This document shows, piece after piece, positions 27,320-37,373 of a DNA stretch of 64,000 bases (position 1 is its first letter; every line of letters starts with the position of its first letter). This DNA comes from a virus. A program made the translations under genes and the position numbers. Under the pieces are notes generated by a model that saw only the letters and a program-made list of their open reading frames with translations, was not told the DNA's origin and made no database searches. Location: the IMG/VR virus record IMGVR_UViG_3300045988_127310; one strand, written 5' to 3'.

Positions 27320-28740
27320 GCCTTTATCCTATTATAATATTCGATAATCTTTTCTTTTCTATCTCCTGGTTTTACTGCCATATTCTCAGCCAAGAACCTA
27401 AAATAAGACACCGGTATGTCCTTGAATCTAATTCCTTCATATTTTCCAAACCACATTATTATACTGTCAAGATCGTCTTCTCTCCTACCATCTCCATTCA
27501 CAGATTTAAGCGAGGCTGCCCGGCGAAGGATCTCGTCTTTGGTAATAATATCACCCATCCTTATATTGGACAGAAGTTGATCGCCGGCAAACATACACCA
27601 GCCCTTAGAAGGGAATTGTTCGATTGTCAGGTCTTCTATCCGACCAAAGCGTCTCATGTTGTCGCAGCAATCAACTATCAGCGCCTCTTTCTTGTCAGGA
27701 TGGATGCGTACGGCGCGGCCTAATATTTGGTAATAAGTTGAATATGAGAAAGTTGGGCGACCAAATATCACACAATCAAGTTCAGGAAAATCAAATCCGG
27801 TAGCAAGCGTTGAATAATTAAAAACCACCTTCAACTTACCTTCTTTGAAATCGGATATAATTTGTTCTCTTTTCTTTTTGGTTGTTAGCGATGTTACGAC
27901 ACCGGTTATGGCTCCCATCCTGGCATTCATGAACTCTGATATTCTATTACATGATTCGATAGAATCCATGCAAACCAAAATGGCTTTACGCTCGTTCATA
28001 AGTTGAAGAAGGCGCTTGTAGATAGAGTTGTTTAAGCCGTTTCGTACAATACTTTCTTTAATAGATTCGTTGGTGTATTCAGCTCCGGTACTGTTTAACA
28101 TCAGAGCCGATTCATCAAAAGACCATCGTTCGTACTTAAGTGGACACCAAAACCCTTGAGAAGTTAGTTCTTGTATTTGAGTCACATGAACTATTTTCTT
28201 GAAGAAGTTATGCTCGTCTTTCGTCAACATATTGAGCTTGCTGTAGTTTCCTTCCAGCATGGAACTGTAGGTTCGGAGGCGGCAGGGAGTGGCGGTGAAG
28301 CCCAGCACCTTCGCCTCTGGAAACCCGTTCATAAACTCCATAAATTCAGAACCTTCTTCAGGAGAATATCCTGAATGACATTCGTCTATCAATAAGGTAT
28401 CTATCCCTATATCCTTCAACCTCGCTACATCTTTCTTTATGCTCTTTAATGTTGCATAAGTCATAGCCGACAGCTCCTTTATACCACATGAAGCAGAATA
28501 TATAGTAGGTTCAGAACCGAATGATACGGCCTTCGCATAATTCTGCTCCAGAATCTCTTTTGAGGGCTGTAATACTAATGTCGGTCTATTTATTTCATGT
28601 GCTATCTTGGATATCAGAAGGCTCTTTCCACATCCGCATGGGGCTACGATTATGCCAGGCTTCTTAGATCTTCCTGTAAGAAACTTAAGCCCGGCATCTA
28701 CTGCCTCTTTTTGGTAAGGTCTAAGTTCAAAGCCCATCAC
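27316..28740 (-). CDS. SF2 DEAD/DEAH-type DNA helicase (DECH box)
   Basis: LRPYQ motif, Walker A (APCGCGKS), motif II (LIDECH), motif III (FTATP) and motif VI (QILGRAVR). Confidence 0.8.
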   Translation of the reverse strand: MMGFELRPYQKEAVDAGLKFLTGRSKKPGIIVAPCGCGKSLLISKIAHEINRPTLVLQPSKEILEQNYAKAVSFGSEPTIYSASCGIKELSAMTYATLKSIKKDVARLKDIGIDTLLIDECHSGYSPEEGSEFMEFMNGFPEAKVLGFTATPCRLRTYSSMLEGNYSKLNMLTKDEHNFFKKIVHVTQIQELTSQGFWCPLKYERWSFDESALMLNSTGAEYTNESIKESIVRNGLNNSIYKRLLQLMNERKAILVCMDSIESCNRISEFMNARMGAITGVVTSLTTKKKREQIISDFKEGKLKVVFNYSTLATGFDFPELDCVIFGRPTFSYSTYYQILGRAVRIHPDKKEALIVDCCDNMRRFGRIEDLTIEQFPSKGWCMFAGDQLLSNIRMGDIITKDEILRRAASLKSVNGDGRREDDLDSIIMWFGKYEGIRFKDIPVSYFRFLAENMAVKPGDRKEKIIEYYNRIKA

Positions 28741-29104
28741 AATCTATTATATTATTTTTTGAAAGTTCTATTATCGCCTCTTTCAACATCTCCCTTGCTT
28801 TATCTTCGTTATCTTCAAGCAAGCATACACTGCACGATATGCCCATACGATCTCCATAAGCCTCGGCATTACCTAATGTGAATGCGCAGCAGTAATCATA
28901 ATCCATGTTTTTTGCTACGGTAATAAACTGATTATCTTCTATCAGTACAGCATATTCAGCATTGGTTTCACACATGATAATGGCTTTATCTTTTTTTATA
29001 GACAATACCTTGTTTCTGAAAAGTCCGTTATAAATCCATAGTTCCTTTCCTGCATTTTTATAAAACGCAGCCATATCTTCCTTGATTGTAACTTCTTTTT
29101 TCAT
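28727..29104 (-). CDS. hypothetical protein (125 aa)
   Basis: Colinear ORF. Confidence 0.5.
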   Translation of the reverse strand: MKKEVTIKEDMAAFYKNAGKELWIYNGLFRNKVLSIKKDKAIIMCETNAEYAVLIEDNQFITVAKNMDYDYCCAFTLGNAEAYGDRMGISCSVCLLEDNEDKAREMLKEAIIELSKNNIIDCDGL

Positions 29105-29107
29105 GAC

Positions 29108-29464
29108 TTACTTGTGTTTAACATCAGTAATTAAAACATATCTTTTAACAATATCTTCAAGACTCACAGAAGAACGTATATATAGTTTTTCTTCGTACTC
29201 ATATAGAGCGTACCCTTCTTTTATGTCTAATATCTTAATCACATGCTTGCCTCTTTCAAATGGATCCTCAAAGTAGCTCTTATGTTCGTATCTTTGACCG
29301 ACTTTTATTTTGTCAGTTTTCTTCTTCATCTTATAACGATCTATTGCTCTACCTGTTTTTATGAAAGCTGTCGTGAGTAAGTATAATAAAACTAAATACA
29401 AAAGGATCGCTACTCCACATATTAGATCTTCTTTCATTACACTCCTTTTAAATAGTTGAACCAT
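29108..29464 (-). CDS. membrane-anchored hypothetical protein (N-terminal TM helix)
   Basis: Hydrophobic segment ICGVAILLYLVLLYLLTTAFI near the N-terminus. Confidence 0.5.
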   Translation of the reverse strand: MVQLFKRSVMKEDLICGVAILLYLVLLYLLTTAFIKTGRAIDRYKMKKKTDKIKVGQRYEHKSYFEDPFERGKHVIKILDIKEGYALYEYEEKLYIRSSVSLEDIVKRYVLITDVKHK

Positions 29465-29603
29465 ATATCCTCCAGCTTCTCCTGAAGCTCAAACGCTTTC
29501 TTGAAATTCCCGCATCGTTCAGCAACGTCTCTCATGTATGTCAAGTTTATAACTTCCGGATCTTGCCGGTATTTTGTTCTTAACTTTTGAACATCCTCAT
29601 ATT

Positions 29604-30623
29604 TCATCGTTTTATCTTTTTAGACGGATCCCAATCCGAAGAGAAAGGGCATTCGTTTTTGTTATGTAATCCAAAGTCACAATAATAACACAGTGCTGAC
29701 GGGCAGGGCAGCTTGTTTTGCGGAACAGGCTGACTTAGGGTGGCGCGCCGCTTGCTATACCTGGCTCCTTCTGCTCCCTGGATGTACGCTTGAAATGTTT
29801 TTACACTATTATCTTCAAAATCATACATTTTGGATAAAGTGTCATTTAGCATTTCTATAGATTTTGTTTTACGTTCCTCATCAACTTTAACCTTTTGGTA
29901 TTGTCTGGTCCTGGTAAAGAAATAGATGTTCATATCCGGCAGAACCCCACCATATTTTCTATAGATGTAAAATGAATATATAGGATGCTGTAAATTCGTT
30001 TCCAACTTCTTAGAATCAAAAACCTTATTCCCTGATTTCCAATCTATGACATAATGGTGAACTACGTTCTTGCTTTTTATAGCCAGATGAAGGTCTACTG
30101 ATCCTACTATGTACACATGTGTATGAACGTCACCATTTATATCAACAGGCTTAGGAAGACGATACGGCAGCACAAAATCTTCTTCTACTCCAACTATAGC
30201 ACCGTGTCTGATAAGTTTCTCACAGGGATTAAGATCACTATCAGCTATCATAAACCTATTGCCGTCTTTTTTGAACAGATCCACAATCCAAGCAAGAAGC
30301 TCCCCAGATTGTTTCATGGCTATCATCATATTTTCTGGTGATTGCCAAGGTATGTCTTCTTGATAGGAATAGTAACTTATCGCTTCTCCAAGGTCTTTAC
30401 CAGAAGGCTGTCTTCCGTTCTTAAAGAAGTATTCCAGTGTTTTATGGATAACCGTACCATAAGATGTAGCTTCTTGTTTTTCTGTAGACCTTTTACCCTC
30501 TACGTAAGTCTTATACCATTTCATTGGACAAGTAAGAAACGTATCTATCTGGGAATAAGATATGGCAAGACGTTTCACACCATTAAACTCCTTATATAGC
30601 AAATGTGTTTCCGGGACCATCAT
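29604..30623 (-). CDS. Cas4/RecB-family PD-(D/E)xK exonuclease with Fe-S cluster cysteines
   Basis: Motif II (GSVDLHL), motif III (VIDWKSGNK), a QhxxY-like motif (QHPIYSFYIY), one N-terminal Cys (TCPMKWY) and a C-terminal CPSALCYYC...C cluster. Confidence 0.7.
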   Translation of the reverse strand: MMVPETHLLYKEFNGVKRLAISYSQIDTFLTCPMKWYKTYVEGKRSTEKQEATSYGTVIHKTLEYFFKNGRQPSGKDLGEAISYYSYQEDIPWQSPENMMIAMKQSGELLAWIVDLFKKDGNRFMIADSDLNPCEKLIRHGAIVGVEEDFVLPYRLPKPVDINGDVHTHVYIVGSVDLHLAIKSKNVVHHYVIDWKSGNKVFDSKKLETNLQHPIYSFYIYRKYGGVLPDMNIYFFTRTRQYQKVKVDEERKTKSIEMLNDTLSKMYDFEDNSVKTFQAYIQGAEGARYSKRRATLSQPVPQNKLPCPSALCYYCDFGLHNKNECPFSSDWDPSKKIKR

Positions 30624-30979
30624 AAGTCATTGTCTTTAAATCCTTCCGGGTAATATACGACATACTTCTTACCGTCTTCTGGTGTCATGGCAAACTGCAT
30701 GTAGTTATCGCGATTACGATGCTTACCATCTAATCCTCGCTTCCAATACAGAATCCCGTCTATATCCACATAAGACCGTCCGCGTTCGGCTCTAACTACG
30801 TCCGTGTGCAGCAGATACCCGTCGGAAGACACAATCCATACTTTATCTCCTTTGTTTAAATAAGATATTCTTTTTCTTACAACAACCTTTTTCTTATTAT
30901 CCAATACAAATTCCTCGTCAGTCATACTCTTCATCCTCCTCTTCTTCTGTTTCAAAATCAATTCCATAACACTGATCAT
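30620..30979 (-). CDS. hypothetical protein (119 aa)
   Basis: 4-nt overlap with the nuclease gene. Confidence 0.5.
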   Translation of the reverse strand: MISVMELILKQKKRRMKSMTDEEFVLDNKKKVVVRKRISYLNKGDKVWIVSSDGYLLHTDVVRAERGRSYVDIDGILYWKRGLDGKHRNRDNYMQFAMTPEDGKKYVVYYPEGFKDNDL

Positions 30980-31142
30980 AATGCTTGGTCAGTTCTTCTG
31001 GTTCTAAATCTTGTCCAAAATCCATGTTAAAAATATCGTAATTAGTAAAGCACTTAAAATCACTGTCCCTGCCGGCATGAAATCTATGAATGCTGCTTTT
31101 GCTTCTTCAATTAGGCCCAAGTGTAACCTTGGGCCATTGTAT

Positions 31143-32843
31143 TTATTTTTTGTCATCTCCTTTTAACTTCTTTAAAGTATCTGCAATCGGAAGCTGATCA
31201 ATGACTCCCAATGCCGGAGCGACGGTCTTGACAACATTATTAAGGAAATTACCGGTACTGTTCTGACCGCCGTCAAATACCGTGATATTTCCGAGGTTAA
31301 TGTGCTCAAATGCTTTAACCTGTTCTCCAGCAATTTCTTTCCACTGATTAACCATCTTGTACTGGATGGCGATCTGAGGATTGGATTCTGCTGCTTCCAC
31401 CATAGCCTTAAATCCGTCGGCTTCTGCCATTAACGACTTTTTCTTACCTTCGGCTTCTGCCCCCAGTTTCATCTGAATAGCTTTTGCCTCTGCCTCAGCT
31501 TTTGCCAAATGTGCTGATGCCTCAGCCTCAGCCCGGCGTTTGATCTTCTCGGCCTCGGCATCAGCTTGCAAGATAGCCTCTTCCTTTTGGGTTTCAGCCG
31601 GCACAATCTTTTCAGCCTTAAGCGCAGCCTGAACTTTCTTAGCCTTAGCTTCTTCCACTTCTTTGTCGGCAAGCTCTTTTGCTGTTTTTACAGCCGCTTC
31701 CGATTTAACTTTTTCTTCTCCGGCCTTCTTTTCTGATTGAGCTTTGATGATCTGTAGTTCTGATACTGACACAGCAACCTCCTTCTGGGCATTGTTGTAT
31801 CCTATAGACGCATTTTTCTCAGCCTCAGCCTTCTTAATCTGAGCTTCAGAGTCTTGTATTGCTATAGCCGCTTCCTTGTCAGCTTCAGCCTTATTCTTTC
31901 CGACTTCTTCCATCCTTTCAGCCTCGGCTTTATTTACTTCAAGTTCTGCCTTAGATCTTACGATCGCCGATTCCTTGTCGGTTAAAGTTTTTGCGATAAC
32001 CGCAGCCCTGTCTCTATCTGCTTGAGCTACACCGATCTGTTTCTCTTTATCGGTTAAAGCCAAGGCTATTTCTTTTTCTTTTTTCGTTTCAGCTACTATC
32101 GTTTCCTTTTCTTTTTCAGTACAAGCAATTTGAATCTCTTGTTCTTTTTTGGTATTAGCCACAGCCGTTTCTTTCTCCTTCTGCTGTACAGCAATCTTAA
32201 TAGCACCCAGCTTCTCCTGCTCTTCGATATTAGCCTGTGCTTCGTTCAGAGCCCTACTTTCAGCCTCCTTACCAAGGTTCATAATATAACCGGCTTCGTC
32301 TCTGATGTCACTGATGTTGATGTTCAGGAGGTAAAGACCTAACTTATTAAGCTCGTTATCAATGTTCTTTCTTGCCTTATCCAAAAACTCATCCCTGTCA
32401 GAATTAAGTTTTTCGATTGTCATTTCAGCAATAATCAAACGCATCTGACCGTAAACGATGTCCGTAATAAGATTTTCAGTAGATTCGGTATCCATCCCCA
32501 AAAGTCTTTCTGCCGCATTTTGCATGATTTCGGGATTTGTACTGATAGCTACTGTAATGGTCGTAGGTACATCTACTCTAATATTCTGAGATGACAAAGC
32601 ACCGGTAAGCTTGCAATCTATTTGCATAGGCTCCATTGACAAAACATCATAGCTTTGAATAATAGGCAAGACAAATGCCGCTCCACCATGATATAATTTC
32701 GCCGATTTCTTTTCCCCACCTGTCTTACCATAAACGACCAAGACCTGATTAGGCTTACATCTACGATACCTTGATAAGACTCCGATGATTGTCAAAATAA
32801 TCACTACAGCTAAGATAGCTGACACGTACATGATTGTTGTCAT
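31143..32843 (-). CDS. flotillin-like SPFH/band-7 membrane scaffold protein (FloT/YqiK type)
   Basis: N-terminal TM helix and an SPFH-like domain, then a ~250-aa Ala/Glu/Lys-rich coiled-coil (EA-repeat) region and a conserved C-terminal tail. The overall architecture is that of bacterial flotillins. Confidence 0.8.
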   Translation of the reverse strand: MTTIMYVSAILAVVIILTIIGVLSRYRRCKPNQVLVVYGKTGGEKKSAKLYHGGAAFVLPIIQSYDVLSMEPMQIDCKLTGALSSQNIRVDVPTTITVAISTNPEIMQNAAERLLGMDTESTENLITDIVYGQMRLIIAEMTIEKLNSDRDEFLDKARKNIDNELNKLGLYLLNINISDIRDEAGYIMNLGKEAESRALNEAQANIEEQEKLGAIKIAVQQKEKETAVANTKKEQEIQIACTEKEKETIVAETKKEKEIALALTDKEKQIGVAQADRDRAAVIAKTLTDKESAIVRSKAELEVNKAEAERMEEVGKNKAEADKEAAIAIQDSEAQIKKAEAEKNASIGYNNAQKEVAVSVSELQIIKAQSEKKAGEEKVKSEAAVKTAKELADKEVEEAKAKKVQAALKAEKIVPAETQKEEAILQADAEAEKIKRRAEAEASAHLAKAEAEAKAIQMKLGAEAEGKKKSLMAEADGFKAMVEAAESNPQIAIQYKMVNQWKEIAGEQVKAFEHINLGNITVFDGGQNSTGNFLNNVVKTVAPALGVIDQLPIADTLKKLKGDDKK

Positions 32844-32874
32844 AACTTTTAAAATTTAATTGTTGATAAAAAAA

Positions 32875-33363
32875 TTAGATACTTAATTCTCCTTCTTCAT
32901 ATTTTATATTCGCCTTGTCGCCGTTTTTGTAGGTTTTTCCAGACAAGCATCTTACTCTCATTTGCTCTTGTCTTCCATTTTTCGAAATATTTACCATATA
33001 ATGATTCTTCCCTGATCTAAATACTATCTCCACTTCTCTTCCGTTTAAATCTTCCGGACATTCGTACACCATTTCTTGCTTTAACTTAAGAAGTAACTTA
33101 TATACGTAAAACAAAACGATAAAGAAAAACGACCCTATCACAACCCCTACTAAATGAGAACCCGAAAAGTAGGTAGTCCAGCTATATCCAAGAATAAAAT
33201 GTGTTATACCCTTAAATGATATGATGTCTGATAAAGACATGCTTAAATCAGAAGCATTGTCAATATCCGTATCCAGATCAGATCCTAATATCGACAACAA
33301 AAACTGTATAACAAAAGCAAATGATGCTATTAAAGCCATGCATAAAATTATATCACTTTCCAT
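32875..33363 (-). CDS. NfeD-like membrane protein (short form: N-terminal TM helices plus C-terminal OB-fold)
   Basis: Two N-terminal hydrophobic helices and a C-terminal beta-rich ~60 aa (VEIVFRSGKNHYMVNISKNGRQEQMRVRCLSGK...). Sits immediately upstream of flotillin, as in yuaF-floT and yqeZ-floA operons. Confidence 0.65.
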   Translation of the reverse strand: MESDIILCMALIASFAFVIQFLLSILGSDLDTDIDNASDLSMSLSDIISFKGITHFILGYSWTTYFSGSHLVGVVIGSFFFIVLFYVYKLLLKLKQEMVYECPEDLNGREVEIVFRSGKNHYMVNISKNGRQEQMRVRCLSGKTYKNGDKANIKYEEGELSI

Positions 33364-33604
33364 ACCCTTCTGTTATTATTTTGTAAACAAGATCAGTCAT
33401 ATCTTTGATGGTCTCCATATCATAATCAATAATAACAATATTGAATTTTTGTTCCACCATCACTTCCAGTTCAATTTGATCAACAGAATCTAATCCAAGT
33501 TCTTTAAACGTCACATCTTCTTCATGAACTATATCTATTTCCGAATTAAGAAACTGAGTAATAATTATATCCTCTATTATCTTTCTGATTCTTACTTTTT
33601 CCAT
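33353..33604 (-). CDS. acyl-carrier-protein-like protein (phosphopantetheine attachment motif)
   Basis: 83 aa, acidic. ELGLDSVDQIEL matches the LGxDS[LV] Ser-attachment motif of ACP/PCP domains. Overlaps the NfeD start by 11 nt. Confidence 0.55.
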   Translation of the reverse strand: MEKVRIRKIIEDIIITQFLNSEIDIVHEEDVTFKELGLDSVDQIELEVMVEQKFNIVIIDYDMETIKDMTDLVYKIITEGYGK

Positions 33605-34305
33605 TGCTTTCTAATTTTGTTAAATAAATACGTTTTTATGTTTTTCAATCGCTCTTTGTCTGTTTCAGAACTTCCGGTAAACAAATAATCCGGATTGCCT
33701 TTAGCTGGCGGCGTAGGCAATTTAGATACGGCAAACAACCAATCCATTTCCTTATTCTTCTTAGACTCCAAATAAGGCTCGGTAGCGATCTTAAATTTTT
33801 CAGCTATTAAGTCAAAGAGCTTTGAATTTTTAAGGTTCATATGAACTGAAAAAGCCTGAGAAGGCGGTTTCCATATGAAGTTGCATAAGCTCATTGTATA
33901 ATCTCCTGACTCTGCTATATAAGATTCCGTTACCTGAAGTATGACCTCTTTCTTGAATGAGGTGTTACCCATAAACCAACACAATCTGGATTCCGCTTCT
34001 TTTCTGCTGACACCTATGTCTTTTGAATATGATTCGTACATTCCTATCATAATCTTCAACGTTTCCAGAACCTCGTCTGTCATCTCCGGTGTCTCTATAT
34101 AATTCACAAAAGACGTTCCTTTGTTGGTCAATCTCATCACGCCTGATTTTAATTTCTCAACCAGGCCAAGCTCTATATACCTCCCAGCATCTTCTTCCGG
34201 CATGGCTTCGATCATAACCGTATCCTTCTGTCTTATGGCAAGAAGATTAGCAAGATCATTAGGAGTCATGTCTGATGCTGCAAGTTGTCTGAAATTGATG
34301 TACAT
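33592..34305 (-). CDS. hypothetical protein (237 aa)
   Basis: Overlaps the ACP start; colinear. Confidence 0.55.
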   Translation of the reverse strand: MYINFRQLAASDMTPNDLANLLAIRQKDTVMIEAMPEEDAGRYIELGLVEKLKSGVMRLTNKGTSFVNYIETPEMTDEVLETLKIMIGMYESYSKDIGVSRKEAESRLCWFMGNTSFKKEVILQVTESYIAESGDYTMSLCNFIWKPPSQAFSVHMNLKNSKLFDLIAEKFKIATEPYLESKKNKEMDWLFAVSKLPTPPAKGNPDYLFTGSSETDKERLKNIKTYLFNKIRKQWKK

Positions 34306-34307
34306 AC

Positions 34308-34505
34308 CTAATCAGCTTTAATGAAAATAACATCCTTGTTATCTTGTTTATCAATATGTTCACATGGACCAATAATCATGTCTGTACATGAACAATAATT
34401 GTATTTTTCAAATATACACCTATCGCATGTATCACCTTCCACACATTTTAATCTTACAAGTCCGGCAGTAAACACTTCTCCTACTTTAAATTCCTTCTTT
34501 TCCAT
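34308..34505 (-). CDS. small Cys-rich zinc-ribbon protein
   Basis: CVEGDTCDRC...CSC...CEH cysteine pattern. Confidence 0.4.
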   Translation of the reverse strand: MEKKEFKVGEVFTAGLVRLKCVEGDTCDRCIFEKYNYCSCTDMIIGPCEHIDKQDNKDVIFIKAD

Positions 34506-34520
34506 ATTCCCTCCTTGTTT

Positions 34521-35123
34521 TTAACTGTTGTACCCTTCTTTAATAATCGAATTTCTACCGGTAGATACCGACTGTCGAAGATCGTCATGTACAGAATCTA
34601 CCGTAGAATACTTGTTTCTGGTTGTAAAAATCACTTCCAGCATCTCCTTGTAATCACCTAAAGCTACTTCGTATCTCGGATCTACTTTGGCTTTTCTTTC
34701 AGCCTCGGCATTACTTTTAGCCAGTTCTCGATCAAGAAGATCTTCTTTGATTCGGTCAGCAATCATATCAAGTTCTTTTTTAATAACTTCTCCTGCTGCC
34801 CGAAGTTGACCTTCTACGTCACCAAGCTGGTCTTGGACGGTTCCTATTTCTTTCTTTAGACGATCGTATTCGTTAATCATACCCATATCACCAGCATAGC
34901 CAGAAAAGTCCTTGATTATTCTGGTTCCTTCTTTAAGGAGCTCAATAACTCGTCTTTTACGTTCTCTGCTTATTAAAGACGGAAGACGATAATTCATATC
35001 CGCCACCGCCTTATCATGTATGGAGTTGATTAAAAACATCTCTCTTTCATCCCCTGCAAACTCAGTAAGAACCAAAAGGAACTTACTTATCAGGTATTCG
35101 TTTTCTTCTACCGTTAGTCTCAT
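34521..35123 (-). CDS. hypothetical coiled-coil protein (200 aa)
   Basis: Colinear ORF; heptad-like charged stretches. Confidence 0.55.
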   Translation of the reverse strand: MRLTVEENEYLISKFLLVLTEFAGDEREMFLINSIHDKAVADMNYRLPSLISRERKRRVIELLKEGTRIIKDFSGYAGDMGMINEYDRLKKEIGTVQDQLGDVEGQLRAAGEVIKKELDMIADRIKEDLLDRELAKSNAEAERKAKVDPRYEVALGDYKEMLEVIFTTRNKYSTVDSVHDDLRQSVSTGRNSIIKEGYNS

Positions 35124-35137
35124 GGTTCTTATTTTTT

Positions 35138-36256
35138 TTAATACAATGACTGTTCTTCTTTTGTCTCTTGTTCCTGATTGTCCGTAACGTCTTCCACAGT
35201 ATAGAGCTTAGGCGGCGTCGGCGGCTGGTTGGGGTTCACGAACTTCGTCCCGCCCTCCCCGTACATCCATCCATGTCCCGGCAGTATCTCTGGGTGGATT
35301 GTATTAGTAAGCTCTTCCATACTAACTTGCCTTACCTTCAGTATATGATGAAACACAAGTCCGGCTGTCCTGAATGATGTTTTGTTTTCAGTTTTAAACC
35401 TATCAAGAGTCTGATACCAATCTTTCCCAAATATCATATACTTATCCAGCCCGTACCTACGAGGATTGTGCAAACCTATCATTAACGTACATAACTGACC
35501 CAGCGTATCAGATTGGTAAAAATCAGAAAGACGCGGAGGTTGCTCTTGTGGGCTTTTTATCCTTCCTTCTATCTCTCTGTTGAATTGGGATATGATGAGG
35601 AAAAATATGTTTTTATATACTAATTTAGCTTCGTTCATAACCGCCACCAAATCATCTATAGCCGACTTAGGATCTAACCCCATTCTTTTTATCAAAGCAA
35701 TATGATCGACTTTAAATATTATAAGACGTTTGTCTTTGTGTTTGGTAGCTATATGATACACAGCCGCCTCAAACTCTTTTACCGTACACGGAGCATCGAT
35801 GTATATTATATTATTCCTGATTTCACCTTGAAGGATTTCAAACATCCTCATCTCTTCTACTGTATTAGAATCTTGCCTTCTTAATATTTCAGGAGCTCGC
35901 TTTTTCATATCCTGGCTCATTCTACGAAGAAGAAGATCTTGAGGATTCATTTCGAACTCGCAATTAACAAGAAAATAATCTTCTGCTTGCGGGTTGATCA
36001 TCGGATTCATCACATTTTCCAATATCTTTTGGGCCACATACGATTTACCTACAGATGGCCGGGCTCCTATGGCAATAGCGTGCTGAGGAAAAATACCTCC
36101 AAGCAAAGCCTCATCAATATAATCGTATCCGGTTTTAGCGGGGATAAGCTCTCCCCGCCTGTATTTCAAGATATTCTCATACGCCTCTTCCATAACCTGT
36201 TTAGAGGTCTTGAATATCCTTCTTATATCTATCCTATTTGCTATCTCCTCTTGCAT
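35138..36256 (-). CDS. DnaB-like replicative helicase (RecA-fold C-terminal domain)
   Basis: Walker A (GARPSVGKS), a Walker B/H2-like LIIFKVDHIALI, and an H3 SQFNR match to the DnaB SQLNR motif. Confidence 0.7.
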   Translation of the reverse strand: MQEEIANRIDIRRIFKTSKQVMEEAYENILKYRRGELIPAKTGYDYIDEALLGGIFPQHAIAIGARPSVGKSYVAQKILENVMNPMINPQAEDYFLVNCEFEMNPQDLLLRRMSQDMKKRAPEILRRQDSNTVEEMRMFEILQGEIRNNIIYIDAPCTVKEFEAAVYHIATKHKDKRLIIFKVDHIALIKRMGLDPKSAIDDLVAVMNEAKLVYKNIFFLIISQFNREIEGRIKSPQEQPPRLSDFYQSDTLGQLCTLMIGLHNPRRYGLDKYMIFGKDWYQTLDRFKTENKTSFRTAGLVFHHILKVRQVSMEELTNTIHPEILPGHGWMYGEGGTKFVNPNQPPTPPKLYTVEDVTDNQEQETKEEQSLY

Positions 36257-36512
36257 TTTTGTCGCCTTTCGTATCCGACTTGGATCCCCTATTAGCTTTT
36301 ACTGATTTATACCTAAGACCGTTCTTGGTATGAGAACAATCCTTGCCTTTCCTCCAGCCCTTGCCCTTCTTCTTGTCCGTTTCGTAGTTTTTACGACCAA
36401 GCTCCCGGCGTTTGGCTTTCTGTTCCGGTCTGGCATTTATCTCCTTGTCCTTTTTAGCCTTTTTCTTCCTGGCTTCTGGATGAGTCCTGTAGTACTCTGT
36501 TGATCTGCCCAT
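36234..36512 (-). CDS. highly basic Lys/Arg-rich small protein (possible DNA-binding)
   Basis: 92 aa with more than 35% K+R. Overlaps the DnaB-like start by 23 nt. Confidence 0.45.
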   Translation of the reverse strand: MGRSTEYYRTHPEARKKKAKKDKEINARPEQKAKRRELGRKNYETDKKKGKGWRKGKDCSHTKNGLRYKSVKANRGSKSDTKGDKNARGDSK

Positions 36513-36564
36513 GTGCTTATATTTTTTTTGATTAATAATAGCACAAAGATAGGCAATTCGCGCC

Positions 36565-37131
36565 CTATTTCAACCTGCCGTAGCTCATATCAGGATCACA
36601 CCAGACATACCCATCTTTCTCATCATGGAGATACTCAGGACATCCTCTACATGCGCTACTTCCTGACACTATTTGATTGTTTTTATTAGGGCACTTATCT
36701 CCAGGTTTATGCCATTCTATTCTCGAACCTGATCGCTCTTTGTTTACATGACAGAATTGAAAGACTTTTCCCATCGTCTTCTCGCCAAACATACCTATAT
36801 GTGTGTACTCTTCCGGTATAGATAGAAATTCAGATAAATCTTTATACATCCCTTCCCGTTCCTCCGGCGTAGACCATAATCTGTCAAGTTCGGCATGGAC
36901 TCTTATCTTAAGAGACCTCAGTGATGGCCCCGCAAGCCGGCCTTTAGCTTTTCCCTTATTCGGCCCTGATTCATGAACACCGACATAAGCGTTGCATGGT
37001 TTGCACATCATAACCATCCCTAAGTCTTTTCTGCTATATATTTTATCGGCATTTACCAGCTCAGTTTCTCTTCCGCAATAAGGACAAATTTCGCCTCTTA
37101 AAACCCGTTGTTGGCGCTCATTAAGTTCCAT
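36565..37131 (-). CDS. multi-zinc-ribbon protein (188 aa)
   Basis: CPYCG...CKPC and CPNK...CRGC clusters. An HNH-like function is possible but not established. Confidence 0.5.
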   Translation of the reverse strand: MELNERQQRVLRGEICPYCGRETELVNADKIYSRKDLGMVMMCKPCNAYVGVHESGPNKGKAKGRLAGPSLRSLKIRVHAELDRLWSTPEEREGMYKDLSEFLSIPEEYTHIGMFGEKTMGKVFQFCHVNKERSGSRIEWHKPGDKCPNKNNQIVSGSSACRGCPEYLHDEKDGYVWCDPDMSYGRLK

Positions 37132-37373
37132 ACCCTATTCTTTTGTTTTTCTTTAAACTTTTCATACAAACTGCTTTCAGTTTCCATTTCTGAGATCTCT
37201 ACCTCTACGTCCTCTCTTTTGAAAATTACTTTCTTGGCTGTCGGATACGCACATTTAGAGATACGAATAGCATTACGAATAGCGTAAACAAAATACGTTT
37301 CTGGCGACGATTCAATCACCACTACCTCGTTTAAAGTGTTTTTGTAATTTTCCATATTATCTACTTGCTTCAA
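37098..37373 (-). CDS. hypothetical protein (91 aa)
   Basis: Colinear ORF. Confidence 0.45.
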   Translation of the reverse strand: MKQVDNMENYKNTLNEVVVIESSPETYFVYAIRNAIRISKCAYPTAKKVIFKREDVEVEISEMETESSLYEKFKEKQKNRVWNLMSANNGF

